A stretch of 64,000 nt of DNA from Amoebophrya sp. A120 (lineage: Eukaryota; Protista; Dinoflagellata): positions 5,062,619 through 5,126,618 of the forward strand of contig CAJINV010000004.1 of the NCBI GenBank assembly GCA_905178155.1, given 5' to 3'. The translations under genes were made by a program, and so were the position numbers. Below are positions 1 through 15,000 of this stretch, piece after piece (positions within the stretch are counted from its first letter, which is position 1; each line of letters starts with the position of its first letter). The notes beneath the pieces are model-generated. The model was not told the DNA's origin. It searched no databases and saw only the letters and a program-made list of their open reading frames with translations.

Positions 1-3000
1 TTCTCGTAGACGCGCAGAACCATCCCAATACCCTTTTGCAAGACCGCCTGGACGCGGAGAAATCTCGCCTTTTCCCGCAACTGTTGGTACATTTGTTCTG
101 CTTTTTCCCTAGTACCCGCAAGAAGGGATGCATTTCTGGTGTCCTTCGCTTTCTCCGCGTACTTTTCCAACACCCACCCGGCTACGTGGTTTTTAAACCT
201 CGTCTCCTTGGCTGCAGTGGTCGGCGCAAGATTGGCGCTATTTCCACCAAAACCGATTGCGGAAAAAGCCATCCACGCGGGGAGCACCTCTCGCTCTTGC
301 AAATCGAGGTGGTAAGTCAAGCTCCCACGTGGTCCGGAATGAGAAGAACTGGTCGTCGGCAAAAACTTTTCTGACAGCAGGAAATCTAGGTTGGCCATGT
401 GGTCTGCCAGCTGTTCGCGCAGCCTGGGCGCCACCTGAGTTTTCATGTGGCTGCTCCAGTCGAGCAACTCCGCGCTCTATGGAAGTGTCAGAATCGAAAT
501 TGACAAAATCGAAAAATTTGTGATGCACAAAATCGATGTCAGTTGGAGCCTCAGTTTCCAAGTGGCGCATGACAAATTTAGAGGGTACCCAAATCCAGTC
601 TGTCATGCTGTTTGGGCAAAGAAGACTCCGCCTGTAGTGCTACTCTGGCAGCACATTGTATACAACCCCTAAACAGGCTTACAATCGGCCTCATTTGCCT
701 GCTCCCCAATACAGGCCTCCAGTGCCCTGCATTTTATGCGTCACAAATTTTTCGATTTTGTCGATTTCGATCCTGACACATCCATACACTCGTCCAATGG
801 GAAATCGGTTTCCAGATCCCGAGACGAGAAAGATCCACCCGGGTGTCATCTACTTGTACTTCTTCGACGAGCTGCCCATGCTCGCCTTCTTCACGGGCCT
901 GTTCTTCCTCGCCTTCGCTATCCACCTCCATCTCGTTCATTGGTGTGTCCTCTTCGTAGTTTCCCCTCCGGCTTTCGCGAGGCGCAGGCACTTGATGATC
1001 CTGCGAAGAACCTCCGGAGTTTGTAACACTTCGTCCACCCTGCTGCCAGGGGTATCTCTCCACGGTGGGTGTGAACGTGTGCAGGCTGTTCAAGAGTTTC
1101 GCTACTTCCGTCTCCGTCCAGGAATCCGTGATTTCGTTGTGCAAGAAAAACCGTGCCACGATGTAGGGCCAGTTGTACACCGGCTGCCCGACGAGACGGA
1201 GCCCCGCGGGGGACCGGGCGATTTCCTTCGTGACAAAGTCTCGGAACCCGGCCCCGACAGACCCTTTCGCCAGGTCGTGCAGGATCTGCAGCACGCACTC
1301 CTGCGTCTTTGAGCCTTCTTTCTTTGCTTCGAGAAGCTTTTGCTTTGGTGTTCCTTCCGCAATACGAGCTCTTTTGTTTTCACATTCCCGCATGATCTTG
1401 GGGCCCGGCCCTTGCTTGGGTTCAGCGTGATACCTTTTTACCGCATTCGCATCCCCGGACTCCGCGGTCCACAGCACTCCTCTGACCCGCTGCACCTCCT
1501 TGGTTGCACCGGTGCGCGCGGCGTCCGGGGCTGTGAAGTGCCACCAGGCGACTTCCTTGGAGATCGAGTTCAGCAGGTACCGCTCCATCACCTTCTCCAC
1601 ACTGCTGTGCTCGCGAGCCTGTGTGGAAGATTTGCTTCGCGTTTTATGCCAGTGCGGGACGTCAGCAGGAGCAGAATCGTCATTTTCAGCAGTTGCAGCT
1701 CCTGGCGCATCAACGCAAAAGTTTCGCACCTTAGTCCCTCCTGCGGTGCTAGCGTCCGTTGTTTCTTGGGAGGACGAGCTGCTGCAACGTTTTTCTTCGA
1801 GCATGGCGGTGCTCTCACGATCGATTACTCCGAAACCGCCACCGGCTGCCATACTTTCGACCAGCAGCCGCTGTGTCGCCGTGTCGATGGTCTGCCACGC
1901 GGCCCGGCGCTTCTTCTCTTCCTTGGCAAGTTGCCTTTCGGACAGATGGATAACGTCTTGCTCGCGGTCCTTCGCAACGCCGTTGGAAGTTGTGTGGGTG
2001 TGCTTTTTCAAATCGATGTGGTGCATGAGATGTAGGTTTGCGTAGCCAGAAAAGGCGAGATTGTTTGCGGCGGCCGCAACTTGCTGTGCCGGGTTGTTGT
2101 TCGCGAGCTGATCTACTTGATTTCCTTTCAACATCTTCGCAGAAGTTTCTACGCTGCCCTCGTCGAATTTTTTCTGTAACGCCTTGCCTTGAGAGTGAAG
2201 TGGATCACCACTTTCGGCCTGTTCTTTTAGATTCCTTCTCGCGGCGACGGCAATTAGTGTCGGTAGCGCGTCCAGTAGTTCCACTTCCTTCACACTGGTC
2301 AGCATTTGGTCTTTCTTGCTCGGTGTGGTTCCAAACCCGCCTGTCGTGCTGCTACTCACTACAGCCTTGCTGCGAGAAGAAGTCCCGGGTGAAGCAATCT
2401 GCAAAGAGGTACTGCCTAGTCGTGTTGAAACAATCTGCTCTTCCTTGTTTAACTCCTGGAAGTGTTTCTGAATTTCCTCAATGCCCCGGCTCTCCGACTT
2501 TTCCTGTGTACCAAAAATCTTTTTCTGTACCTTCTGGAAAGCGCAATTCAGGAACTGCGTTGCGGCAATCCGTGCCACCCCAGTTCCGTCGTCCAAGTGC
2601 GCACGCAGAAACGCGTGCTCGCGATGTCTTTGTTTCTCAGGAACGGGACCTATTGGGAGCAGCGAGTCCTTCTTGAGCTCCGATAACATCAATGCTTTCG
2701 TGCGGCGCTGGTTCTCCAGCAGAGACAGGTGGTACTTCGCATCAGTTGTGTACCGCGTAGTTGACAAGCCTGTTCCACCCAACATCGCCCCTGCTCCGCT
2801 CAGAGACCGGAACGACGCAGCTGCTCCACTCGACGTAGTACCAAGCCCCCTCGATGGCAACGAGTGCCAGAACACTGCTTGTTTCCTTGCGAAGAATGAG
2901 ACGATGGCAGCCAAAAGCGCGTTTTTCTGGAATCGATCCGCAGCATTGCCAAGAAGGACGTCCTTCGCGGAACTCTCGAGCCACTCCTCAAGGTCGGCTG

Positions 3001-6000
3001 TTTTGATGAAATCTTCCGGCGCAGGCTCGTCCTCGTCGGGGACATCAAGAGCCCCAGTGGTGGGGGAAGCCTGCAAAAAATCTTCTGCTCCCGCTTGTTC
3101 ACCCCCGCCAAACGCGCCCAGCCCAAGACCTTGCTGGCTGTGGCTCCGCTGGAAGGCCAGCTCCGGAGAGGAGTGCGCAGAGGATGTGGCTAGTGCAGGT
3201 TGATGTTGCCCTGTTACAGCTCCGCCCAGTCTATTACTTCCTTTGACGACTTCCGCCGTGCCTACAGTCCGAATAACGCGCGGCCCCCAATCGCGTTGCA
3301 TTCGGGCGAAGCTCGGAGTTCGGCCTCCGGCCCCGCTCTTGTACTTCTTACTGTCTTCGGCCAGTGATGCAGTATCCCCGTGTATGGCACAGTCCGCAAC
3401 CTCCTCTTCTAGTTTTCTGTCGCCACCGGCGCTGGTGGAAGTAGATCCACCACGAGATGAACCCGAGCCTGAACTTCCCGCTTGGTAGTTCAGCCGAAAC
3501 TGTTGCAGCAAGCTCAGAACCTCCAAATACACACTGAGCACCAGCGGCTCGGCGGCGCTATGTGCGGCTTCCTGCTTGCTTTCGCTGAACTTTTTCTCAG
3601 CAAGGGGATCGCCGTCCCTACTAGCAGCTCCTCCAAGAACCCTACTTCTGTCACTGGTCGCCTGCCACTGCGTCATCCGTCTGGCTGGCGGCCGCGGCTT
3701 CGGGTTGGTGGAGTGGAATTTCGCGTAGAACAGGATCTTGTCCAGTTCGTCGTACCAATACGCTGTCTCTTTCCGCAAGCTCGGACCGATCTGCCGTTCG
3801 GCCAACGAACGCAGGGAGGAAAAAGTCAAATGATCTTGTTCGCTGGCGGAATCTGGAGAGAGGAGGCGTCGATACGTCCGGGCGATTTCCTCGAACGGCC
3901 CGTACAGGTAATCAGTCTTCTTTCTTACGGGGGCGTGTTTTGAAGATGTTGAGGCAAATGACTTTGCGTTCTTTCCACCGTTTTGCTCCTGCGCAGGAGC
4001 AGCACTCTCAGCTGACGTCGCTGTTCCTCTCGCGATCCGGTACTGGGGGCGAAGGAGTAACCGCAGCTCGCGCTTCTCGTACAGCGCGGAGAATGCCGCG
4101 TCTTCTTGCTCACTACTATTTTCGCAGCCTCTAAAAAGCTGCTCTTCGTTTTTCTGCAAATTAGCCTTGGATGTGTCCGCCAACTGCAACGCTTCGCGAG
4201 TCAACACTACAGCCTGCAGTCGCAACCGCGCGTCGCGGAAAGTCGTCCTCGAAGTAGACAAAGTTTTTCTTGATGCTGTGCTGGTGCTGGCTGGAGAAGT
4301 GCTGGCATCACGAGGACCACCAGCTCTGATATCATTCGTTCTGGACACCTCGAGCAAAATTTGTTCGCGCTCAAACTGCACTTCGGGGTCGCTCCACAAG
4401 ACCTCCTCGTTTTCCACCACGAAGTTCACAAGCTCCATCAGATCTTGCAAGGTATTCCCATCCGCCAGGGCTGCTGCCAGCGCCGGAAACAGCTTGTGCG
4501 TTTGCTGATATAGCAGCGCAAGCTCTTCCGGATGCGTATCGTCCGCTTTGGCCTTGGAGGAGGGAGAGAGATCTTTGTAGGCGTCTTGGTCCATCATGCC
4601 TTCACCGACTTCTTTTGCGGCACGACGAGAACTGAACACTTCCTGCTGGTACGCGGCTTCCACGTCGTCCTCTGCTTGCGGAAACCATTCCTTGGTCGCT
4701 GACCACGAAAGGTGGTCTGTTCTCCTCGAGGCAGCAGGACCACGAGCTTCGTCATCATGCAAGCCCTGCAAGACGGATTCCCAAAGTTGCCTCTGCGCCA
4801 CCCGCACCCGCGCAGCATGCGCTGCGAACAGCCTCTGAATCCTTTCCACCCGCACGCGGAGGGTGGCAAAGTGCTGCAACAACCCGGTCGCACGGGTGAT
4901 GGACAGACGCGAGTTTGCCAGTTGATCGGTCAGCTCCGTTGCGACAAATTTTCGATCGTAGTTGGAAAAGTTGACGTCTGTCGCCACGACGGTCTGCAAA
5001 ATGTTTTGTCGGAGCATCCAGACCCACGATGAGGAGCTTTGATTGTTCATCCGCATGTTCTTTTTCCTGATGACATCTGCCATATGATTCGCGAGCCACG
5101 GAGCGCCAAGCCGAAGCATGGGGAGCAGCTCGGGAAGAGTTATTTGCCCGTCGTCCGCTGCGGTCGCTTCTGGGGTGCTGGAAACTGCTGCTGGAGGTGA
5201 AGACGCTAACTGCAAGACTTCTCGCAGTAATTGGTTCAGAGAACGCACACGACCGGTTGCGTCAGAATAAGCCGCGTTTTGGTCGTTTTTCGGGCCGCCG
5301 GCCAGGCCGAAGCTATTTGCTAACGCGGTTCGCGTGGACTGCACACTTTCGGCACAGCCCAGGAGTAGACAGCTGCGGTGAATCTCGGTCCACAGGAAAT
5401 CCTGCGCAAAGTGCGGAAGCGAAGGAGAAGCGTCGAGCCGGCCGGGAGAAAGATCCCGGCGCGGCGTCAGACGGTAGGTTTCCAGGAAGTCCAGGAGGTC
5501 GGCATCGATGGCTTTGGCAGCAGTTTGATGTGTATTCCCGTTCACGTGCAGAACTCCGTCGCCATGAAGAGTCTCATCTTCATCCGGGTAATTCAAAGTG
5601 GCAGCAGCACCATTTGAGAAGTCTCCTGCAGCGTCGCTGTCCACCATGTACGCCCGCAAGAGATCTTCCAGGGGAACGTTGCGGATCTGCATTCGGGATG
5701 CAACTCTACTCTGACCGCCAGAAACGACCGCGTCATACACCGTCTCGAGTTCGGCGAGTATGCGGTCCCGTACAGCCGCCCAGGCAGGTCGCTGCAGCGT
5801 AATTGCAGCTCCAGTAGTTTCGGAAGCGGCGCCCGACATAACATTACTGGTGCGTGATGCGATTATTTCCTGGTTGACGAAGCCGTCAGACGCCGTGAGA
5901 AGTCGAAACCGCCTTCGGGCAAATTGCGAATCGTCAAGCTCGCTTTGCACCATCGCATTCAGTGTGTCTTCGAAGTGGAGCTTTGTTTTTCCGCCAGGCA

Positions 6001-9000
6001 CAATTGTTCCCAAAGCCGCCACGTCTCCCGCAGTGAAGCGCAAAAAACGGTTGCGCTGCGAAGCTGTGGGAAAGATCGCTTTCCAATCCTCGTTGGCCTG
6101 AGCGAGCTCAGCGTCTTCAGTGCCGGAGATCTCGCGGGACAGTTTCTTTTCCAACGCAGCTGCTTCGCGCTCCCGCTCTTGCCTTTCTCGATTCAAAAGC
6201 CGGTGAGCGGTTGCTTTGGTTGCCTCATCGGAGAACAAAGCATCGTGATCAACCGCGAGATCAGCGACCCCATCATGAGCTGCAGAAACTCTCTCTCCAA
6301 TCACTTCGTCCTCGTCTTTCTCGCGAGCTTTGTCCTCTGCTTCAATGCGCAAGTACTCCGGCTCGAGTTGCACCGCCGGTAGCCGGGGCTCCTCGACGTA
6401 GATTTGAGCGACCGCAAGAGATTTCACTGCGTCCCACGCGACCTGTGCGTCCTGCTGTCGTGCTGCACGTGCAACTCTGCGTCCGCCTGGTGTTCTTCCC
6501 GCGATCATGATATCGTCATCAACATCATCCAACATCCCGCGCAGCGCCAGCGCAAATTCGTTTTCTACTCGAGCAAGCACGATTTTTTGCTGGGCCAATT
6601 CGTGATCCTGTTCTTGCTGCATTTTCAGCACGGTTTCTATCTTTCGTTCCAACTTCTGCCTGTGGCTCGCCCCGATGGCCGGTGCTAGATCTGTTCGGAT
6701 CAACGCTTTGGCGGTCTGCTTCGTGCGGACGGTGTCCCCATCTTTTGCTTTCCCCAGGTAGACGCTCATCTTTTTCAGCGTCATTTGTGCGATTTGAATG
6801 CGGCGCTTGTGGAGCTGCAGCCGCTCGAGGCGCGCGGCCAAGCGCGGCATCCACTCCGGCCCTGATTTTTCCCGATTTTCTGTTGGCTTCATGACAAGGA
6901 GGTCAACGGACACGAGTTCTTTGAGTACGGGCTTTTTCTCCAAGGTAGCTGAAGCGAGTGAGTCAAACACGGGCACGTCACACTTCACCAGATGTTCGGC
7001 ACTAGCGGACGTCCGGCCGGCGGCAGCAGTTGTACCAGTAGACGACGACCCCACTCCGATAAGTATGCTACGGACATAGTGGAAGAAGTTTTTTTCCACG
7101 TGTTCTGCAAAAGAGTCAATCGTTTCTGCTTGGAGCAAATCCACTTCAGCTAGTCGCCCCGCCAGTGGTTTGCTGCGATGCGCCTGTTCCATCTGTATGA
7201 GGAGTATTCGGGCATTGTCTTCTTGCACATCCGCATCGACAGGGACAGCTACTTCTGCATGGCTGCTCTCATTGCCGTCCACAAGTTGTGCCTCTGTTCT
7301 TTCACCTCCGGAATTATCGTGTCTATCAACCGGCGCCAAAGCTGCGCCCACAAGGACGTCTTCAACGCTTCCAAACCGAAAAAATTCCCGATCCACATTG
7401 ACTTGCTGCAGGGCGGAGGGCGCCAGTGCCTCCGGTCGTATGACGATCACCCGTTTTGCTCCTGCGTCGTTGGAGGTTGTGCCAGTACCTCCGACGTTCA
7501 TCATCTCTTCCACTGGAAAATCCATTTTAAACTCCTTCACGCTTTCCTCGAGCTTCTCCAGACTCTGTCGGACGTTGGTCACCAGCTCCTCATTCCTCGA
7601 GCTACCCTCCTTTGCCTCGTAAAGATTCCCAATACTCGTTTCCGCCACCAACAGTGCGCCCGCCAGCATTTTGCGTGCCTTTTGCTTTTGATAGACCGCT
7701 TTCTGCAGCAGTGTGATCTGCTCTCGGACGACCTGTTTTTTCCGGACTTCCAACGCGTGAAGCGCATCGGCAACCGTGGGATTAAGTGCCAGGTCCACGC
7801 TGTCCGAATGCAACGTCGCGTAGACAGCAGGCCCGGATTTCGATTTGTCGCTTGTTTCATTATCTCCAAAGCAGTGCTCCCAGATCGTCGCCAGAGCCGC
7901 TAAAGAAACCGAGTCAATCCGTCCGGGCGACTGTAGCTGCGGTACTAAACTCGTCGTTGTGGCAGTGCTGATCATGCTTTCTGCAGAGGTTTTTCGGTGA
8001 CCCATCAATTGCGACATGGACGAACCACGGGAGAACTTCATACTCCTTGCGGCAGTTACAGCAGTTTCTTGGTCGTCGAAGTCTTCATCTTCATCGGACT
8101 CTTCGTCTGGATCGTTCTCATCTGAGCCAGGGTTAGACATTTTTCCCGTGCTGAGTCTACGACCGAAGGACGTGGCGCTTTGCACGTTTCGCATCGTCGT
8201 TCCCGCTCCTGTGCCGTCCATGTCAGCATCGTCGTCTTCGCTGCTGGTAATTACAAAGGCCCGACGGGGGCGCACGATTTCGCCCGCCAGGAAAAGGAGC
8301 TGCTTGAGCCGTGATCTGTCGGATAATTGCTGCAGTTTGTTCTCCTCCTCGTGCCGGTAAAGTTGCGTCGCGCCCTGGGCAAGCACGAACTCGGCGTCGT
8401 CCACGTGGTCTGGGAGGGAAACCACCTGCGCTTCGGGTACTTGCAAAGTTGCTTTCATGATTTTTATGCTCCACACCGCCTTGCGCAGGTCTTCTACCGA
8501 GGTAACGCTCGCGGCCTTGCGCGGGAGAAAGCGCGCGCGCTCGGTGAACGACATGGTTGTTGGTTCGACGAGAGGACCTGCAACTTGTTGCAGAGGTAAG
8601 TCAGGAACAGGAGCCTCTTTCTGTGCAGCAGGAACTGTTGATTCATATCGCTCCGTCGACGAAGACACCAAGGAGGCGCTCTGCAAAAGCAGACTAAATG
8701 CCTGCAGAAGTCGTGCTCGGTGTTCCGTGTAGCGGGAGCGCATAGCCGCCGCATGAGGGAAGGACGCAATGAAGTCGCGCTCGAACGTTGGGCGCTCGTG
8801 AGTTTCGTAGCTGGCGGCCGCCAACAAGGTTGGTTGCTCCTCGTCCCCGCTGTCACAGTGGGTAACCGAAACGGAAAGCTCGCCTTTTTCGGGCGTCGCG
8901 TCTCTGTATTGTCTCCGCAGAATGTCGGTTTTCGGGAGCTCTAGTAGTTGGATGACCTCTAGCGGTTCCTTAGCGGCGTCTTTGTCATGGTATGCAGCAA

Positions 9001-12000
9001 AAGGCTTGAAAAAGTCGCTCACCCCAGCGCGCACTTGCGCACCCATGCGGCACTGCGACCCGGAGGTCTGGTGGTCGCCTGTAGCTGTAGGCTGACTTAG
9101 ACTTTCATCAGCGGTTGCGTCCGAGAGTCTTCCGACGCAGTACGGGGTTACCGGGATTTTGTAGAGCGCAGCAACGGCTTTCGCCTCGAGCTCCCCGGCA
9201 ATGTTAAATTGCTGTGTGTACGCAAGGTACTCTTCCACAAACTCCCTATCTTCCCCGTCGCGGCCGTCCCGAGGCGGCAGTTTTTGCTGGATGTGCTCCT
9301 GCCGGGAAAAAGTCTCAAAGGCTTTTCCCTGGGCGTGGGTTCGCAAAACCGGTCCCATGTTCGGGAGGCGGAGCATCAGTGTCGCGACCTGTTCCGCGAG
9401 CATCTTCGCCGTCAATTCCCCGCCGCCGCATTGCTGCTGGAATAGGCTGTCCTGGTCAAGAACTCCTGCGTGGTCACTGCGAGATGTTGTTGGCACTAAA
9501 TCTCTTTTCACGACCTTGCGGCTCACACCAGAACTACTGCTGCGTTGCTGTTGCGTAGCACTACTACCCAACGTAGAAGCGGAATAAAACACCCCGTTGC
9601 TCCGCCCGGTTTGGCAAAATTTTCGAACCCAGATACTATTGCGGGTCAAAACCGCGTCCACCTTCTCCGGGTGATACTTGTTCAGCTGATCTGCCAGCGC
9701 GTCGAACAGCCCTACTAGGAACACCGGCCCCTCTCCTGCCGCTTCGCCAACATTGAGGACGCCGACCACTTTCGACAGTCGCACTTGCGCAGCCTTCTCC
9801 TGTGCGTTCTTGTTCAGTTCTTGGATTTCGCTCGGCGGTAAAACACCGCCCGTCATGTGTTTGTTGGTGTTCCGGCGGTGCGTGACATCACGCTGGAAGA
9901 TTTTTTCTGTGAGGACAGTCCGTAAATCGTTGCGCACTTTGGTGGAGAGCCCGAGTTGGGCTGCTTCGTCAAAGTCCTTGATGATTCTTTGTGGAACGTT
10001 GTTTACCAGAATCTCGGTATGCAACACCCGTGCCCAATCGGATCCGGTTTTCCGCAGTTCCGGCCCCTGCTGCTTCACGCCCGCGAAGGAACTTGCGGCG
10101 TCGAACATGTTAATGAACAGTGGCAGACCGTGGACGAGAACATCCAGAAGTTTCTCCTGAACATTATTTGGCAGCCCCAGTCTACTCGTCGACAAATGCG
10201 GTGAACTGCTGTCGCTAGCTGCTGTGCGGTCTTCCAAGATGAACTTCATCCTTGCCAAGGCGTTTCGCAACCGCTGGCTCTCAGTCGCGGCAACCACCAG
10301 GTCCGCTGCGGCCAGCATAATCCGAAAGAGCTGCTCCAGTTTTTCGCCCGAGTCTGGGTTCACATCCGCCTGTAAAATTTTGTCTAAGACGAAGCGCCGT
10401 ATCTCCGTAAAGGTAGAAAGAGCGGGGTGCAGGGCTCTCTCTGAAGCAGGTTTAGCCGACGGTGTGGGGCTGCCTGCCGCTGTAAAATGCTCCAGAATAC
10501 CTCCAGTCTTGAACAAATCTTCGACTGCCACGTCCGTGAAATCGGTAACGTCTGTCTCTCTCGGAATAGCGTTCGCAGCGAGCTCGCGTTGAAGACGCGC
10601 CACGACATCAGCGTCTTGATGACCGGCTAGTTGTAGCAACGCCGGCTGAGCTATATCGGCGAAAGGTTGATGCTCTTGCTCCGCTTTCTGCCGCATAAGG
10701 TCCGTCTCCGTACTGCCTTGCACGGCCGGAAGCTTTTGCCGGTACGCTTCTTCACACTCAAGAGCTGCGAGAATTCCCGGCTCGACGCCGCGCGATGTGA
10801 GCAGCTGCCGCACTTGCTCCTTCATTGCATTGTCCACTTGTAGTCCTCTCGTCGGGTGTCCTACTTTGTCATCCAGTTCCCCTGATTTCTCGCGTTTATT
10901 CTGCCCGAGAATGAGGGCCCGGGCGGTGTCTGCCGTACGGGATTTGCCAAGATCCAGCACAATTTGTTTGGCAAAGGGATTCTGAAGCAGCTCAGCGAGC
11001 GTGTCAAATGCCGACTTCAAAACCGCGCTACTCGTGCGTCCGAGCCGTATTACCGCGCGGAAAAGAAACAGCAACTGTTCGTGAAACAATTTGCTGATGC
11101 GTTGCTGGAGCGACTCGATTTGTGCTGTAGTTGTAACAACGGAAGATAAACGCGGCTCCTGCTGGGCCTGAGACGCAGCATCTTCGCCTTCTTTGCCCTT
11201 GACTTTTAGGCGACTCTGCAGCGCGTCTGCGAGCTCATCGACATCTTGAGTCCCGCCACGTCCTGTGGCGCCCATGGAGCGACTTAGGTACGCCAGGCGC
11301 TTCAACCACGAGAGCGGCAACAAGAGGATCGCAGCCCGCTTTTTCAACCCACCTTTCGTTGCGCGGCCAAGGTACTCGAGAATGGTGAGCACCTGATTGA
11401 GTTCGATATCGCGACCCAACAGAGAGAGCTGCGACAGCCGGGCCAAGATCTTGTTCGTTTTTTCCCAGCTCGAGACCGCAGGCAAATAGGCAAAGTCCTC
11501 TACAGATACAGTCCGCTGCTCTCGTTTCTGTTTCTGCTGCCCTGATGCATCCACCTTTGCCACCGACGGTTTTTCGCGTAGTTCTTGATCGGCTTCGGGT
11601 TTTTTCGCCGCGGCTATTTTCATCAACTTGTCTTGCTCCTTTTTAAGATCCTCGTCAAGGCAGCCGGCGACAGTGATCAAGTTCAGCAGGAAGTCCGCAC
11701 TCAGGTGCATCGGCTCGTGTAGCAGGTCGCAGAGTTCGCGGAAGCGCATGTCCTCCAGAGACAATGTGCCATCAATGACAGCGTCTTCGAAGGGATTTGG
11801 GTCGTCTCTCACGAAATCTGCCGTGGTTGCGGTCATTTCTCGTGGTGCTGCCCTTAGTTTAAAGCTGTCGTCCGTGCTAGGGTCGAGTCGAGCAGGACCA
11901 TGCGTGGTGGCTTTGGCAGCAGCACTGCCCTCCCGCAGGGTATGCTGTTCGCCCGGAGACAATTGCCTGCTCCGCTGATAATTTTCGCGCCACTCTGGGT

Positions 12001-15000
12001 CTTCCTCACTAAGGGAGAGCGTCACGACGCCATTATGCCCATTCGGAATAATGTCCATGAGTTCTTCGCGAACCGCCCGGTAAATCGGATCTGATTCGTC
12101 GGCTACCGCGCCGCCCTGCCCCGAACTACCGACCGAGCTAAATTCCGATCTCCCTTCCACCGCCCGAAGGAGCATCTCCCCTTGTGCTTGGATGAAGACC
12201 AGCCGGTGCACGTTCAAGATCGCGGGAAACTTTCTTGCCCCCGTAAAAATTTGCACTTTTTGCCAGAAGAAGTGGCTGCGCTCGGCAACATCATGGAAGT
12301 CATCTACGTGCTGCCCGTGGGGCTTTTTAGGAAGCAGTTCCAAGAGATCGCGTTCTTCGGGAAAACCCAGACCAAACTTCGCTCCTGGCAACAGGGTCGA
12401 GTGGATGAATTGTAGCGTGTCTCGCCGAATGCCGCCTCCCGCGGCCAGACCCCGGGACAGCGCTTCCGCTAACAGAAGGCCCTGCGCCGTTTTCGGCTGG
12501 TTGGGCATGATCTGCGTCCCGGGAATCAGGAAGCCGCCTTGTTTCTCTAGTCTTTCCACCGCAACGACATCAGGTTTGTTCTTTGCGAAGCGCCACTGCA
12601 ACAATGTCTGCACGGCGTCATGCAACGCTCGCACATATTCGTCCAACTCAATCCTGCTGAGAAAGCTCAGTCTGCGGGCCGCTTCTTTCCGTAAGAGCTC
12701 TGCCCTGCGGGCAAGCTCTCTCGCCACGGGGTCCGCTGAAGATGCTGCTTCAGAAGGTGTCTCGGAGGTAAGTCTAGTACTACGCGCTGTCGAAGCGGGC
12801 TGTTCGGCCGGGCTCTCCCGTCTGAAAAACGGGACATCTCCGCCTGGTACAAAATCTTGTGCAGGTTGTTTCAATTTCGGGGACACACTAGGGCTGCCGC
12901 TCGGCGACGGTGTGGCGCCGGTGTCTGACCGGCTTTGCGCCGTGCGCGCCGCAACTTGCTGCAGGGCGTGGACGTACTCCCGCAACAGCAGTAGCGTCAA
13001 CGCCTCGCTCCGGGCCTCTTCTTGGCCGTGCTGCGAAGTCCGGGCGATCACGAAATCCTTCATGACCTTACCGCGCACCCGCGCGAAGCGGTCAAAGGCG
13101 CGAGCGCACTTCGTGGAGGCCGCGAGTTGCTGTTCGGTGAGCTTGGCGTCTCGGTCCTGAACCTTGCTGCGACTTTCCATCTCCAGTAGACTGCTGAAGG
13201 CCTCCAGCGTATCCGTGGACTGCGGAGGCACCGAGCGCGCCTTGCCCATCACAGGTTCTGTTCCTCCTGCTGCAGCTCCTGCTGTAACGCCCGCTCCTCT
13301 CCCGGGCCCATGATCGCGGCGCGACGAAGAAGAGAAGAACGCTCGGCCGGCTCTGGGCATGGACATGGAGTCGACGATCCCCCGCAGCAAAAACTCCGCG
13401 CCGTCGGGTAAAGAACCAGCCACATTCGAGTTCTGCATCTGCACGAACAAGCCGACGATGCTTTCGGACAAAGCAAACTCCGCTTCGCGAATCTTCGACT
13501 CATCCACAGGGAGCTGCACCGGGCCCGCGGCAAACAGGTGTCCCATTCTTTTCGGCGAGTCGGCGCTATCTTGGTAGTATGCTCCACCACTATCCTCGAC
13601 GCTGTCCGCTGAAGTTTGGCTCTTCAGGTCTTTTTTTCCCTGAGATTCTTGCGCAGCTTTCCGGAACTCCATCGAAATTTCTCGATCGAACAGCCCCGGC
13701 TGCTGCTGCGAGGAACCTTTACCTTTTTCAGCACCGACGCCCACTTCCCGCCCGACGGCACAGATTTTCCCAAGCTCGCGCTTCCCCAGGCCGAGCAGTT
13801 TTTGCAGAAGCTGCACGAGCTTTTGCAGCGTGGCCGGGGGCAGAACGGACTGACTACGTTGCTCCACCATGTACGTCACAGCCTCCACGAACTTCCGCAA
13901 CCCGTCCAGCAACACACGAATAGTATCGCCGTTGAGCCCAGAAATTGGAAGTAGCTGGTGCGCGACCTGGCTTATTCCGATTTTCCGCGAGGCCGCATCG
14001 AGCTTGAACAAAATTTCGACGGCCATCGCGTAGCGGTCAATAACGTCCACCACGCTGTCGGGAACGATTTCATTCCGCGCGTCGATTAGGTATTGCTGCA
14101 CCACCGGCCAACTCTGCTTCCGCGCGATATCGAAGGCCAGTTTCAACTGGGAGGCCGTGACGGTAGAAGTACCGAGCTGTGCGCTTGATGTAGTTCCAGC
14201 TCTTGCTCGTACTTCCAGGCCTGGTGGTACACCACGATCGCCCCCAGATCTACGTTCGTCCATGTCGACGTCTGCTGCTGAGGCGGGAGTCGCGCTGAAT
14301 GTACGTGCACGCCCTATTTGTAGTTTGGGGACCTCCACCCCCATCGAGGCAGGTCCTGTTTGCTCGCTGTGTGTACGTGCACGACCGACCGGAGGGTCGC
14401 TCAAAGAACCCAACGAGATGTTGGTACTATCCGGGGAAACACGAGAAGCTTGTTCTGGTATACTTGACATTTTGGCCCCAACATCGCTATTTCCTCCTTG
14501 CTTACTCGGCGATCCGGCAGCGGAACCGGGAAGTGAAAAGAGTCCTTGTAGTTGCGCACCTTCCGACGTCATGAGAGCGATCGCATCTCTAGTTGCGCTC
14601 TCCATCTGCCGCGCGGCCGCCTCGAACGGAATCAACATAGCGACGTCCCGCGGGAGGCTCGTTCCGCTTTGTGCCTTTCCTGATGTGGTTGCAATCACGC
14701 CACCGGATTGAAATCCTTTCGTGGCCGCGGATGAAGACGCCATTGCGTAGTCAGCCAACACGGTGAAGGCCAACTCGCGATCCGCCCGCCGCAGCGCGCT
14801 CAGGGAAGTTCGGGGCTTGGCGCTCACCACCGCAACCCGATCCAGTAAAACCGTTTTCAAAAACCGTAAGACCACATCTGGAAGAAACCTCTGCGTTGCA
14901 GGAGCTCCTTGTAGATTTTTTTCACGTGGTTGAGCGACGTTTTTCTTCGGGTTCGAACCTCCTGTGGCTTCAAAATCGGGTGTGCTGTAATCTGCAATTT

